Source of the DNA: a virus
Taxonomy: Duplodnaviria; Caudoviricetes
IMG/VR virus record: IMGVR_UViG_3300042924_007750
Location: 1-59,755 of that record
DNA length: 59,755 nt
Direction: 5' to 3' (one strand)
Part shown: piece by piece, positions 38,567 through 48,882 of the stretch
Numbering within the stretch: position 1 is the stretch's first letter
Layout: every line of letters begins with the position of its first letter
Notes under the pieces: model-generated
What the model was told of the DNA's origin: nothing
The model's database searches: none
What the model saw: only the letters and a program-made list of their open reading frames with translations
Position numbers and translations under genes: made by a program

Positions 38567-40111
38567 TTACAATTTAGACATCAAATCCTTAATTCTTAAA
38601 TATTGAGGATTTTCGTATGTCTTAGACTCTATAAGAGTAGTTGCAGAACCAGAAGTTTTTGTTGTGTTCAACTGTCTCTCAACGTTTTCAGAAATGTTCT
38701 TCGTTTCAACGTGTGCAAGTTCATCTTTAAGAGTTTTGTAGAGTTGCTTTGATTCTTTTAGAGATTCTACCGAATCAAATCTTCTCAAGATGTTAATTTT
38801 TTCTTTCTTGGTAGTGGAATGCTCTGTGAACAATCTTGTAGCATAAGCTAAGTTAGAATTAAATACAGCAACTTCATTAAGTTTTTCTCTGAACACGTTC
38901 AAAGCTTTTCTATATTCTTCATTCTTTTCTCTGAGCATTTTCAACTCAACATCGATTGATTCTACTTTAACACCATTATCACCATAAACATAATTTCTGT
39001 TGTTTGTGATACCTTTTCTTAAACCTCTACCTTCTTTCGAACCCATACCATAAGTTCTAGCAGCTTCTTTTGTTTCTTCTTTGGTTTCATAGTCTTTTTT
39101 ACCAGGATGTGTTTTTGACTTGTCACCTTTGTTACCACCAACTTTTCCTTCGTAGTCTTTAAAGTGTCCATCTTTACCCTCACCAGCTTTCTTTTCAACA
39201 CCGTCTACTTTCTTACGTCTGTATTCGTGTTTCTTAGAATCTTCTTCCATTTCACCTTCTTTGAACTCAAATTTTGCTTTACCAGTTCCCATAGTTTTAG
39301 GTCCAGCCTTTTTGTGGTCATCAAATCCTTTCTTTGGTAATGTACTATCGTACCCAAACTTAGGTTTGCCCATTCCAACGCCTTTTGGTTTTACAGTCAT
39401 TTTAGCTTCGGATAGGTCGTAGTCCTCGCCCATCATGTCCGAATCTTCATCGTCCATCATGTCTTCAAGTTCTTCTTCCATTTCTTCCTCATCCATTTCT
39501 ATTTCGTACATGATTTCGTCTTCTGACTCACCTTCCATATACAAAGCGTCTAACACAGCTTCTAAATCCGCATCTTCTTGCATATCTAGTTCTGTAAAAT
39601 CCATTCCGTATTCCATCATGTCTTCACCTTCTTCCATTTCTTCGTCCATTTCCATCATGTCTTCGTCTTCCTCCATTTCGGATTCTTCAAGTTTCACGAT
39701 GTACTCAACGTCTTCATTTTCGTCGGTTAAATGAATATCATCACCATCTTTTACCACAACAATTCCATCTTCTGGACTCATCGCTTTAAAAGCTTTAATA
39801 ACTTCATCATCAGACATGCTGGTCATATCAATAGTTTCCTCCGAATCATCGAAGTCCATATCAATACCCATGTCTAGTTCATTAGAGTCTTCCATATCTT
39901 CACTTTCATCACCCATGTCTAAATCCATGTCCAATTCTGTGTCGATTTCAACCTCGTCTTCTTCTTGTTCAGAAAGAGATTCCTTTACTAACTGACTGAT
40001 TTCTTCCTTCATAGTAGAAGCAAGTATTCCTTTTGCGTTCTCGGCAATTACCTCTTCAACATTTTTCATTTGAATGAGTGCCTCTTCAACTAAATTTTTA
40101 GTTTCTTGCAT
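38567..40111 (-). CDS. Prohead core/scaffold protein (gp22-like)
   Basis: Very acidic, coiled-coil C-terminus, immediately upstream of the capsid gene, many [LIV]xE sites. Confidence 0.75.
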   Translation of the reverse strand: MQETKNLVEEALIQMKNVEEVIAENAKGILASTMKEEISQLVKESLSEQEEDEVEIDTELDMDLDMGDESEDMEDSNELDMGIDMDFDDSEETIDMTSMSDDEVIKAFKAMSPEDGIVVVKDGDDIHLTDENEDVEYIVKLEESEMEEDEDMMEMDEEMEEGEDMMEYGMDFTELDMQEDADLEAVLDALYMEGESEDEIMYEIEMDEEEMEEELEDMMDDEDSDMMGEDYDLSEAKMTVKPKGVGMGKPKFGYDSTLPKKGFDDHKKAGPKTMGTGKAKFEFKEGEMEEDSKKHEYRRKKVDGVEKKAGEGKDGHFKDYEGKVGGNKGDKSKTHPGKKDYETKEETKEAARTYGMGSKEGRGLRKGITNNRNYVYGDNGVKVESIDVELKMLREKNEEYRKALNVFREKLNEVAVFNSNLAYATRLFTEHSTTKKEKINILRRFDSVESLKESKQLYKTLKDELAHVETKNISENVERQLNTTKTSGSATTLIESKTYENPQYLRIKDLMSKL

Positions 40112-40127
40112 GTAAATTGTTTTCCTA

Positions 40128-40134
40128 ATAAATA
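40128..40134 (-). promoter_or_regulatory. TATTTAT motif upstream of the scaffold-capsid operon
   Basis: ATAAATA on the plus strand, 16 nt before ATG 40111. Confidence 0.7.
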
Positions 40135-40196
40135 GTGTTTAAAATAAAAAAATCCGTCTAAACCCATTTCTAAAAAGAAAAAGGTATAAACGGAAA

Positions 40197-40224
40197 ATAA
40201 AAAAGGTGGGTTTCCCCACCTTTT
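40197..40224 (-). terminator. Intrinsic terminator
   Basis: Minus strand GGTGGG-GAAA-CCCACC followed by TTTTTT; a second imperfect hairpin with T run lies at 40153-40194. Confidence 0.8.
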
Positions 40225-40229
40225 AACGA

Positions 40230-40439
40230 TTACTCGATTACCTCATCGATTTTACTTTCTACTACTGAGACAATCCGCCAGTCGTGTTGGAAGCCGGTAT
40301 ACTTTGTAGTAACCTTTGCTTCTACATCAGTGACTGAGAACCCGTTTACGAGTTTCTCCTCTCTGATTTTTTTTACGCGACCAGAGTTCTCATCTGGTAA
40401 ATCATAAACGATTTTAGCAACGAAGAATTTTTCATTCAT
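40230..40439 (-). CDS. DUF4494-like small protein
   Basis: F..KI.Y....E.G.VKK..E..LV.G.S.T..EA resembles the Bacteroidota DUF4494 N-half. Confidence 0.6.
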   Translation of the reverse strand: MNEKFFVAKIVYDLPDENSGRVKKIREEKLVNGFSVTDVEAKVTTKYTGFQHDWRIVSVVESKIDEVIE

Positions 40440-40455
40440 AATAAAGTGTATTAAA

Positions 40456-41175
40456 TTAACGATTTAAATAATCGGTTAATTTTTTCATTAAATCAACTGA
40501 CTTACCCATTCCAGAGTCAGAAATTTTTTTATTTTTTTCTTCATCCAGGTTTTCTTCATACATACTTCTTTCTTCAGGGTTACCAAAAAGGTATGCTCCA
40601 GGTGTTGAAGGCGAGGATACTAGGTCAAAACAGATTAGTTCAAAATCATCTTGAACTTCATTTTGCTCACCAATTTTTTTCAATGAACCAACCCCCCTTG
40701 AAGACACACCCATAGTAACGCCTTGGCGCATAAGGTTAGCTGCGATGTCTCCTTTTGTTGAAACAATACCGCTCTCATGAAAACCAGGTGACGTAAGAAG
40801 CTTTAATTTACCCATAAGGATATGTCCGTCCCACCAAATGTCTGTGATGATGTGAGCAACTCTATCAAGGTCAATTAAGGATGATTCTGGGTGGTTAAGC
40901 TCAGAGGTTGACAAACCTTTTTTAATCGCAGTTTTGTATCTATCAGCCTCACGTTTTAAAATCCTCTCAGGATAGACACGACCATTACGATTTGGTACTC
41001 CATATTTTTGAAGTACGGCATAAAATTCAAATGGATTTCTGTAATCCATATCTTTTTTTTCCGAAAGGAATGCCTCGTTAAGTGGGTCTTTTGGTGAAAC
41101 ATACCCAGCATCCATTTCAACAAGGATACCTTTACCGCTCTCTCGGGGGCCTAGTATACGTAAATCTTTCATCAT
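40456..41175 (-). CDS. gp21: Prohead core protease (T4 gp21-like)
   Basis: NRNGRVYP, ELNHP, GVSSRGVGS, DLVSSPSTPGA. Confidence 0.95.
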   Translation of the reverse strand: MMKDLRILGPRESGKGILVEMDAGYVSPKDPLNEAFLSEKKDMDYRNPFEFYAVLQKYGVPNRNGRVYPERILKREADRYKTAIKKGLSTSELNHPESSLIDLDRVAHIITDIWWDGHILMGKLKLLTSPGFHESGIVSTKGDIAANLMRQGVTMGVSSRGVGSLKKIGEQNEVQDDFELICFDLVSSPSTPGAYLFGNPEERSMYEENLDEEKNKKISDSGMGKSVDLMKKLTDYLNR

Positions 41176-41199
41176 ATCTTTTTAAAGATAAATATTATA

Positions 41200-41652
41200 C
41201 TAGTTGATAGTTTTTACTTTTGATTTTTCTTTAGTGGAACTAAATGTGAAATAATCGTTTTTTATAATACAATCCCGGTAAATTTCTTTAATAATTTTTT
41301 TAATAGCTTCTTTGAGTTGTGAGCCCTTGAAATCCATTTCTTGTTTTGCAAACAAATTAATTTCTAAATTCATAAATGATTTTTTGTTGAGCTGGATACC
41401 ACTAGTTCTTAAATCCAGGTCGACAATAAATTTTTCAGAAAACAATTCTTGGTTAATACTATGGTAAACAGAATGTTTTATATTTCGAGATAGATTTCCA
41501 ACAACACGCTCCCAATTTTCACTGTCTTGTTTTGGACAAACCCAAGTCTGGAGGTTAATGTACATGGACTTTAGGTTTTTTGAGTCTACGGTGCCGTATG
41601 ATGTTTTTAAGGATTCATATTGGTTTAATTTTACCGTTTTACCTTTCTTCAT
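41200..41652 (-). CDS. Hypothetical protein
   Basis: 150-aa ORF in the head module. Confidence 0.8.
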   Translation of the reverse strand: MKKGKTVKLNQYESLKTSYGTVDSKNLKSMYINLQTWVCPKQDSENWERVVGNLSRNIKHSVYHSINQELFSEKFIVDLDLRTSGIQLNKKSFMNLEINLFAKQEMDFKGSQLKEAIKKIIKEIYRDCIIKNDYFTFSSTKEKSKVKTIN

Positions 41653-41729
41653 TTATATCAATATTGTAATATAATTTATTTTAATGAAAAAATAGCAAAC
41701 TTTTGAACAATTCCAAATATTTCTAATAT

Positions 41730-41915
41730 ATGCTAATTGTTTTTGTAAATAATAATATAGAAAAAGCCCTGAAACAGCTTAAGTCAAAGGTCATAAAAAC
41801 CAGACAAAATCAGCTACTTAATTCCAAAAAAGAATTTGTAAAAAAATCAGTGCAAAAACGCAACAACAAAATTAAAGCTTGTTATGTTGAGCAATTTAAG
41901 CGTCAAGAAGAATAG
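41730..41915 (+). CDS. rpsU: Ribosomal protein bS21
   Basis: MLIV...NIEKALK.LK.KV.KT...L..KKEFVKKSV.KR....KA.Y; size, basicity and motif match Bacteroidota bS21. Confidence 0.85.
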   Translation: MLIVFVNNNIEKALKQLKSKVIKTRQNQLLNSKKEFVKKSVQKRNNKIKACYVEQFKRQEE

Positions 41916-42603
41916 ATTCCTCTAACTTCTTAAGCCTAACATAATTGATTTGGTCGTATTTTTCTGATTCTATTTTACCGATAGTTTCAGTAATCTTTGT
42001 TTTCAATTCAGAATCGGTTTGCTTATCAGAAAGTACCTTCAATTTATTGACCGCAGATTCTTTTAGATTGTCAAACTCACTTTCTAAATCTGAATTGTTT
42101 GTTGCCAAAATATGGAAAATTTCTTTTCTCGAAGATTCATCCAATCCTTCAACATACCTTGATAATGTTTGGTTTGCAATTGAAACCATGGATTTGATAG
42201 GAATTTTAGGAGTATCTTTTACTTGGCTCTTGCTTTCCATTAACTTAGAAATAATTGCTTTTTTCGAAACAACACGCTCCTTGATGTCTACTTTGTTGAA
42301 ATAAACAATGTTGTCAATATTTTCATAGATGTTTTTAGATTTTTCTCCATTTTTAGGTAATGAAGTTTTTTCTAGAAGATGTCTGATAACATTGATGGCT
42401 TCATCTAAAAACTCTCTTGCATCACTTTCGGTTAAACCTTGTGGCGAAGATAAGTCATCGTAGATTGAATAAATCTTTGAAAAAGATTTATTGGACAAAA
42501 CATTATGTTTGAATTCTTTAAGTGTTTGCTTGAAAGAATAGGTATCCTTGTAGGATTCTACCAGGTTTTTTTCGATGATGGATTTTATTTGTCCGAAAGT
42601 CAT
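41896..42603 (-). CDS. Hypothetical head-module protein
   Basis: ORF downstream of portal (alternative GTG start at 42621); TATTTAT at 42624-42630. Confidence 0.8.
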   Translation of the reverse strand: MTFGQIKSIIEKNLVESYKDTYSFKQTLKEFKHNVLSNKSFSKIYSIYDDLSSPQGLTESDAREFLDEAINVIRHLLEKTSLPKNGEKSKNIYENIDNIVYFNKVDIKERVVSKKAIISKLMESKSQVKDTPKIPIKSMVSIANQTLSRYVEGLDESSRKEIFHILATNNSDLESEFDNLKESAVNKLKVLSDKQTDSELKTKITETIGKIESEKYDQINYVRLKKLEESILLDA

Positions 42604-42630
42604 GAGCTCGTTATTATTCACTAATAAATA

Positions 42631-44493
42631 TTATGAATTTAACAACTTGTCCAACTCCTCCTCTATTTTACCTAAACTTTGTTGAGCAATCCCTAGATTC
42701 AAATATTTGCTCCCATAAAGGTCTGTCTCAATTAGTATGTTCATATCCCTATTTTTTACAGATTCAGGGGTTATTTCACCTTCCTCTGGTGCAGGAGCAC
42801 CACCAGCTTCAGGGCCTCCAGCAGGTGGCCCACCAGCGAGTTCGCCACCTAAATCAGGTAATGCTCCCCCACCTCCAAAGGAAGCCGCAGCGGGTTCACT
42901 AACTTCTCCCGGAGGAGCAGCAGGTGCACCGCCTTCACCGGGCTTGTTACCATATAAGGCATCAAGCTGGTCAAATATACCAGTTTTAGAAATTGTGGCT
43001 GGAGTGTTTTTGAGTTCCTCACCGATTGCTCTTTCCATTCTTTGCTGCAGAAGGTCTGTTCTGATTTCATCATCAGACCAGTTAAAGATATGTTTCTTAG
43101 CCCAAGTTGATGATGATGGTTGAATGCCGTTACCAGGGTCTGAAACCAAATCACGATAAAGCAAAACTTTTTCTTTCCAAATATCAACCTTAAGCAAGTC
43201 AGCTTGAGTGGATGGGTTGGTAAGACCAAGAGTAAAGTTTGAAATCTCTTCTTCAAATCCTAGCAAGAACAGGTGAACAATAGCAATCTTGTTAAGTTCT
43301 TGAATCATGGATTTTTGAATCCTGTTGATGGTACGAGCAAAACGAATATCTTGCAACGCTAGATTTTTACCATCTCCAACAACTTCTTCAAATCCAAGGA
43401 AAGCCTTTGGAATACGAAGTGCTGTTACCAGTTTTTTCTGAATGTATTCAATGTCAGCAATCTCCGAAAGGTTTTGAGCTCCTGGAAGAGTGTCAATTGG
43501 GCTTGGTTGTGCTGGGTCACGAACTGGAATGAAATAATCTTGGTCAACAGCCATTTGGTTAAATCGCATGTCAACGTTACCAGTTTTTGAATCAACAATT
43601 TGTTCTCTCTTGAACTTGTTGGCAACACGTTGTACATACGCTTCAACATCATCGTCAGCCATGTTTCCAACATAAACTTTAAATATTCTTCTCTCAGGAG
43701 CACGTGATGTACGATAAATCAACATCGCATCCTCAGATAAAAGAAGTTGTTTCCAGATTCTTCTTGATTTTTCAAGCATAGAAGTACCATAAGGAAGTTT
43801 TCTATCATCACCTAAAAGTCTAAAGTGAGCAATTTCCCATGGTTGGAATTCCATGTTTTGTGTTTTCCAAGTAAATCTCAACCCCTTATCGTCGGTATTT
43901 TGAGGAACACCGACCGAAGAATTTCTTGTAGCCAAACCCTGTTCAAATCTTTCAACTTCAATGTTTGGTAATTGCTGACAACCAATAACACCCTTTTCTG
44001 GGTCCAATCTCATGTAAACAAAATTATCACCATACTTACAGGTGTTTCTTGTCCACATGGCTAAGTTGGTGTTGATATCCAATACGTTATTGAACAAATC
44101 AACAAGAACTGATTTAATTCTTTTTGACTCAGAATAAACCTGCAGAATTATACCGTCCTCATTAGGTGTTGTAGATTCTTCAGCATAAATGTCCAACGCA
44201 GCAGAAATCTCAGGAGTGTATTCCATCGACTCGTAGTCGTAATAAGACGCTAATCTGTTTGGCTCGTAATAGATTGCCTGAGTGTAAAGGTTGTTTTCAA
44301 CCTTAGCAAACTGGTTGGCTAAATAAAAAGATTGTTTGGCTTGTAATTTCTCTCTTTCATATTCTGCCTTATCAGTTGTTCTAAGAAGTTCTTTCTTATC
44401 TAACTTATAAACAGGGAAATCTTGATTCATCAAAGCATCAGGACCCAGAGCCCTGCTTAATCTTTGCCAAACCGTCATACTTCTATTCTCCAT
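42631..44493 (-). CDS. gp20: Portal protein (T4 gp20-like)
   Basis: PEISAALD, EDAMLIYR.SRAPERRIF.V.VGN, DYFIP.R, IDTLPGA.NL.EI.DIEY..KKL..AL.IP. Confidence 0.95.
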   Translation of the reverse strand: MENRSMTVWQRLSRALGPDALMNQDFPVYKLDKKELLRTTDKAEYEREKLQAKQSFYLANQFAKVENNLYTQAIYYEPNRLASYYDYESMEYTPEISAALDIYAEESTTPNEDGIILQVYSESKRIKSVLVDLFNNVLDINTNLAMWTRNTCKYGDNFVYMRLDPEKGVIGCQQLPNIEVERFEQGLATRNSSVGVPQNTDDKGLRFTWKTQNMEFQPWEIAHFRLLGDDRKLPYGTSMLEKSRRIWKQLLLSEDAMLIYRTSRAPERRIFKVYVGNMADDDVEAYVQRVANKFKREQIVDSKTGNVDMRFNQMAVDQDYFIPVRDPAQPSPIDTLPGAQNLSEIADIEYIQKKLVTALRIPKAFLGFEEVVGDGKNLALQDIRFARTINRIQKSMIQELNKIAIVHLFLLGFEEEISNFTLGLTNPSTQADLLKVDIWKEKVLLYRDLVSDPGNGIQPSSSTWAKKHIFNWSDDEIRTDLLQQRMERAIGEELKNTPATISKTGIFDQLDALYGNKPGEGGAPAAPPGEVSEPAAASFGGGGALPDLGGELAGGPPAGGPEAGGAPAPEEGEITPESVKNRDMNILIETDLYGSKYLNLGIAQQSLGKIEEELDKLLNS

Positions 44494-44533
44494 TGTCCTA
44501 AACTTAAACTAAGTGAGTTTAATATAAATAGTT

Positions 44534-46294
44534 TTACCTACCGAATAACCAACCGTATTTCTCATAATCAGCCCTTGATGCTGAGTAGTTTCTTTGATTT
44601 GGCATTCCTGGTTGTGAAAACTGAGGTAATGCCGGATTGAAATATTCTGACTTTTCTTTATTTTCACTAACAACCGTGCTCCAAGAGTTAAGCATAGCTT
44701 TAGTGTGATTAACAACTTTTACTAATGATGGAAAAGCGGCTTCAGCAACATACAATGCCATTGAAATTGACATAATACAGTCATCATGGTGTCCCTTCTG
44801 GTGGTCAGGTCTTCCATTGATATAAACAAATGTTCCCATTTCATTAATCAAACGATTAGACCTAATTTTAAAATCATGACGTACAGCTTCTTCTAGGGAA
44901 GCAATAATCTGAACACGCTTGTTGTTGAAATTAATTCCCGGAATTTTTTCTTTGATTTTTGGGTCGTATTTCCATTTATTGCTCATATCAACACCATCAT
45001 AATAGAAACTTTCGTAACCTAACTCCTGAAGTTTTCTAGCCGTCGCAACACCCATTCCACCAGTCAAATCAATAACGCAAAGAGCACTATACATAATACC
45101 CCACTTGTATGCAATTTCGGCTAATGTATCGGGGGGGAGTTTTCCAACAAATTCTAATACTTGTTCTCTTGTATCAAAATCAATGATTTCAATACAAGAA
45201 AAATCTTCAGAATCACCTCTAGAAACGTCAATACCCATAACATACTTGTGTCCATTTTCTGGCTCTTTCCAAATCCAAAGTTGACCTCCAACTAGTTTTG
45301 CTTCAGGCTCTTTAACGTCGTTTTTAACTATTGTCTGCAGCATTTGCGCATCAAAAACGTTATCACCAGAACCCAAGAAATTACATTCTAATTCTTGCGC
45401 GACCTTTCTGCGGTCATACTTTAACTTTTTTACCATGCTCTCGAACCAAGAAGAACAAGGTTTATACCCGTCTTCGATGTATTTGTGTAAAGTTGTAAGT
45501 TGCCTCTCTCTTCTATCTTCACCAGATAAATCCAGAATAACATCTTTGGGATATTCTTCTTTATTCAGTAGATAATGAACGAGGTCATTAGTTTTGACCA
45601 TATACAAATCTTTTGTATAACGAGGGTCTCTATACCAATACATTTCCGTAATCTTGAAATCATTCATGTTACGCAACGCTTGGTCGTAAATTTCGTAGTA
45701 AATTGGGTCAAACCCGTTGGGAGTTGAAATCACAATCACTTTACCTCCGGTAGATAAAGATGCCATACAAGCTGCCCAGAAATCACTATCAGCTTCGATA
45801 AAGGCAGCCTCGTCAAAAATAAGAGTTGTTGGTGTGTAACCTCTAAGTGCGTCCTTTGAGGTTGCTACAGCTTTTACCTCACACCCATTTGAAAGTTTAA
45901 AGTGTCTTGCTGAGTTTTTTTCCGGTGAAAACCCGATACCAACCCATTGTGGCCATTGCTCAGTAAACCCTCTAATCTTATTCGCAAATTCAACCGAGGT
46001 ATCAAGTTTGTTTGCAATAATGAGGACTTTTTCTGGTTTTTCTTTTCTGGCAAAAGCAAGTCTTTTACTCGCCCAAGCAGCTGTAACGGTAGATACACCT
46101 GCCTGACGATATTTCAATGCAATGTTTTCATTATATTCCTCATAATCCTGAACTAACTGAACTTGGTCTTGAAATAGCTCCAAAGGAACATAACGTGAAA
46201 CAGTGTTGTCGTAAGTTTGGAGATAAGTTTTCAGAGCATAAGGTGTGCTTTTCATGCACTTCTTATACTCAATTATTACTTGTTCTTTTGTCAT
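44534..46294 (-). CDS. terL: Terminase large subunit
   Basis: KYRQAGVST (variant Walker A), IFDEAAF, ISTPNG, GIDVSRG, HDDCIM. Confidence 0.93.
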   Translation of the reverse strand: MTKEQVIIEYKKCMKSTPYALKTYLQTYDNTVSRYVPLELFQDQVQLVQDYEEYNENIALKYRQAGVSTVTAAWASKRLAFARKEKPEKVLIIANKLDTSVEFANKIRGFTEQWPQWVGIGFSPEKNSARHFKLSNGCEVKAVATSKDALRGYTPTTLIFDEAAFIEADSDFWAACMASLSTGGKVIVISTPNGFDPIYYEIYDQALRNMNDFKITEMYWYRDPRYTKDLYMVKTNDLVHYLLNKEEYPKDVILDLSGEDRRERQLTTLHKYIEDGYKPCSSWFESMVKKLKYDRRKVAQELECNFLGSGDNVFDAQMLQTIVKNDVKEPEAKLVGGQLWIWKEPENGHKYVMGIDVSRGDSEDFSCIEIIDFDTREQVLEFVGKLPPDTLAEIAYKWGIMYSALCVIDLTGGMGVATARKLQELGYESFYYDGVDMSNKWKYDPKIKEKIPGINFNNKRVQIIASLEEAVRHDFKIRSNRLINEMGTFVYINGRPDHQKGHHDDCIMSISMALYVAEAAFPSLVKVVNHTKAMLNSWSTVVSENKEKSEYFNPALPQFSQPGMPNQRNYSASRADYEKYGWLFGR

Positions 46295-46300
46295 AAATTC

Positions 46301-47590
46301 TTAGTCAGGACGGGAAATCCCCAAACCTGCTAAGAAATCTAATCCATCATCTTCAGAATCCTCTGATGAATCAAAACTTTCATATTCCTCCTTATTCTTT
46401 TTAGCAATTGAAATCAGTTCTTTGAACTTACTTGTTGCTTTTGAATTTTTCTCTGAGTCATCGGAAATTGCATTTCCAACTATTTCTAGGAATTCCTCAG
46501 CAGGGAGTTTATAGAGCTCCATTTGGAACCAGTTGATAAGCCCTTTATTTTTTTCGTCAAACATTTCGTCCGGCAAAGCAAAACGAATTTTTTCAACAAC
46601 TTGCGGCCCTATTCTAAGTGACCAGGCTTCCATAGGTAAAGTATCCGTTTGACCCATAACCTTTTCTCTAGTTTCGGGGTCTTCGGGAAGACCGTATCTA
46701 CCTTTAGCTTCTTCAATACCTTTAAGGATTTCGTGGCAAAGCATGGGGAACATTAACCCATAAGCACGAATGACAGTATCAGCAGACTCTTCGCCACCTT
46801 CACCTTCACCACCATCTTCACCATCAGCATCATCTAATTCTACCATAGCAGCAACACCTTGACCGGTATTACTCATCATATCCACCATGTCATCCATAGT
46901 AAAATACATAAAATCGTTAAGAGCCATGATTTCCAAATACATCTGATACAGACGTGGGTCAATTTCATCCAGTTTGGCTTTAACCTCGGGCTTTTGAAAT
47001 AAAAAGTGTCCTTTTTTTGCGGTTCCTTGGATAATAGCATTGATAATGTTACGCTTGTCTTTTTCTAATTCCAAAATTTCCTTAGGAGTTAGTTCGTCAA
47101 TATTGAAACCAGCTTTAATCATCAACTCTTTTGCCTCTTCCTCATTTTCTTCTTTGAGTTCTTCAGCGGCCAATCTAAAATTGCTGGTATCAATCGGCTC
47201 GCGATTCAGGTAGGATTCGATAACAAACCAATCTTTAGGAATTTGAGCTTCATCAACAGAGGCATCAATCGATAATTTTTCGAGAGCGTCTTTGTGACGA
47301 GATTCAATAGAAATAATTTGTGGGATTTTTTGGTAGACCTCAGAAATTAACATTCTAGCAACCATCGGAGAGTTAATTGCCTCTCTACCGGTCACTTGTC
47401 TTACTTTATCAACAACTTGTTTAAATCTTCGAGTCGCTAAACGCTGAATTTCTTCTGACCCTTGTTGGAAAGCAGGATTTTTAGCAAATGGATGTTCAGG
47501 GTCACGCAATTTGCGCTCCAATCCTGGGTCCATGCGTTCGGGATAATCCCCGTAATCAATCTGTTCCAGTATTTTTCTATTTTTTGCCAT
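46301..47590 (-). CDS. Hypothetical protein
   Basis: ~430-aa ORF in the head operon; contains HEILKGIEE. Confidence 0.8.
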   Translation of the reverse strand: MAKNRKILEQIDYGDYPERMDPGLERKLRDPEHPFAKNPAFQQGSEEIQRLATRRFKQVVDKVRQVTGREAINSPMVARMLISEVYQKIPQIISIESRHKDALEKLSIDASVDEAQIPKDWFVIESYLNREPIDTSNFRLAAEELKEENEEEAKELMIKAGFNIDELTPKEILELEKDKRNIINAIIQGTAKKGHFLFQKPEVKAKLDEIDPRLYQMYLEIMALNDFMYFTMDDMVDMMSNTGQGVAAMVELDDADGEDGGEGEGGEESADTVIRAYGLMFPMLCHEILKGIEEAKGRYGLPEDPETREKVMGQTDTLPMEAWSLRIGPQVVEKIRFALPDEMFDEKNKGLINWFQMELYKLPAEEFLEIVGNAISDDSEKNSKATSKFKELISIAKKNKEEYESFDSSEDSEDDGLDFLAGLGISRPD

Positions 47591-48497
47591 CACGAAGAAT
47601 TCCTTGAATTAATTTTAAAACATCATTTTTGGCTTTCTCGATTTCTTTCTTAGAAGCCTTAGGTGCAGGATTTGGACCTTCAAAAGGTTTTTTACCTGGG
47701 TGTGCTGGTCTAACGGATGGTTTAGTATCCGGTTTTGTTGTTGGTTTTACTGGTGCTGTTTCAGTTTCAGCCTCAGCCATAGATTTAAAAGATGTCAAAC
47801 TTCCTACTGGTTTGCTCATTCTAACTGATTTACCCTTCTTAGCTTTTGGTTTGTATACAGAACGGCTAATGACACCTTGTTCTGCAATAGTCTCAATAAA
47901 TTCTCCTTTGGTCATTTTTGGTTCTAAATAATTTTCGACCAAAGATACGATTCTTTCTTCAATAAAAAAATCCATCGGTGAATTTCCTTCATTTAAACTT
48001 TTCTTAACTGCTTTGACACATCTTTCAAACTTAGCATTCTTTTTTGGGCCAAGTTGGGCGTGACAAATAGCGTAAGGGTTATTTGTATCTTCTTCCCCCT
48101 CGGTCATATCCTCGTATTTGTCAATCTGAGCATCACTATCATCACCCATTCCATCTGGTGACATTATTTGGTGAGGAGCTTGCGTTGTTGCTCCACCCAG
48201 AGCCGAACCCATAACATCAACGTTATCCTCTTTCATTTCGCCCTCTTGAGCTTGCATTACAACAATGTTACCCGCACCATCAGTTTTGATTGATGCACCA
48301 TCAACAACAGCGCCAGTTACACGGGCTGTAGAAGAAGGGATTGTTGTTGTTTTAACTGTCTTGGTGGTTTGTTTTACTTGTTCAGCCAAAGAAATTTTTT
48401 TGAACAAAACATCAATCTGAGTTTCATTCAACTTAGAAACTGTTTCGGGTGATAAACCCATTTCAACTAACTGGATAATTTTATCTTTAGTTTTCAT
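47577..48497 (-). CDS. Hypothetical, possible internal head protein
   Basis: Multiple [LIM]xE sites (LAEQ, MKED, LNEG, IAEQ); small NPYAIC...KFERCV domain. Confidence 0.75.
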   Translation of the reverse strand: MKTKDKIIQLVEMGLSPETVSKLNETQIDVLFKKISLAEQVKQTTKTVKTTTIPSSTARVTGAVVDGASIKTDGAGNIVVMQAQEGEMKEDNVDVMGSALGGATTQAPHQIMSPDGMGDDSDAQIDKYEDMTEGEEDTNNPYAICHAQLGPKKNAKFERCVKAVKKSLNEGNSPMDFFIEERIVSLVENYLEPKMTKGEFIETIAEQGVISRSVYKPKAKKGKSVRMSKPVGSLTSFKSMAEAETETAPVKPTTKPDTKPSVRPAHPGKKPFEGPNPAPKASKKEIEKAKNDVLKLIQGILRDGKK

Positions 48498-48882
48498 AAA
48501 CGACATTTTTTTCAAATTCGAGAATTAAATCTTTCTCGTATAATTTATCTTTGACTGAATCTTCTTCTTGTCCAAAACGGAAAACCAATCTATTGTTCTC
48601 GTCATATTCACCAACTTCCCAACCTAAAGCGACAACTCCGTCCATGGCATCGGACATACTGAAGAAGTCGGAATTTTGTGCTAATTCGAGTTTTATATTT
48701 GATTTTCTCAACACACCAACTTTTTGAATGTGTTCTAGGTCTGGGGGTGATGGGTAACCATTTGCGGGTGCAGCTTCCCAAGAGTCACCCCAGACTTCTA
48801 GATTTTCTGAAAAAATGAATTCATAGAGATTGTCTCCCTTATAATCAGGACCTAGTCCGTTGATATAAGTTAGATACCTCAT
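48487..48882 (-). CDS. Hypothetical protein
   Basis: ORF coupled on both sides. Confidence 0.8.
   Translation of the reverse strand: MRYLTYINGLGPDYKGDNLYEFIFSENLEVWGDSWEAAPANGYPSPPDLEHIQKVGVLRKSNIKLELAQNSDFFSMSDAMDGVVALGWEVGEYDENNRLVFRFGQEEDSVKDKLYEKDLILEFEKNVVYEN

Noticed and set aside
36740-46294. Introns or inteins in capsid, portal or TerL
   Set aside because: The ORFs are continuous, with no intein C/HN termini or homing endonuclease motifs seen.
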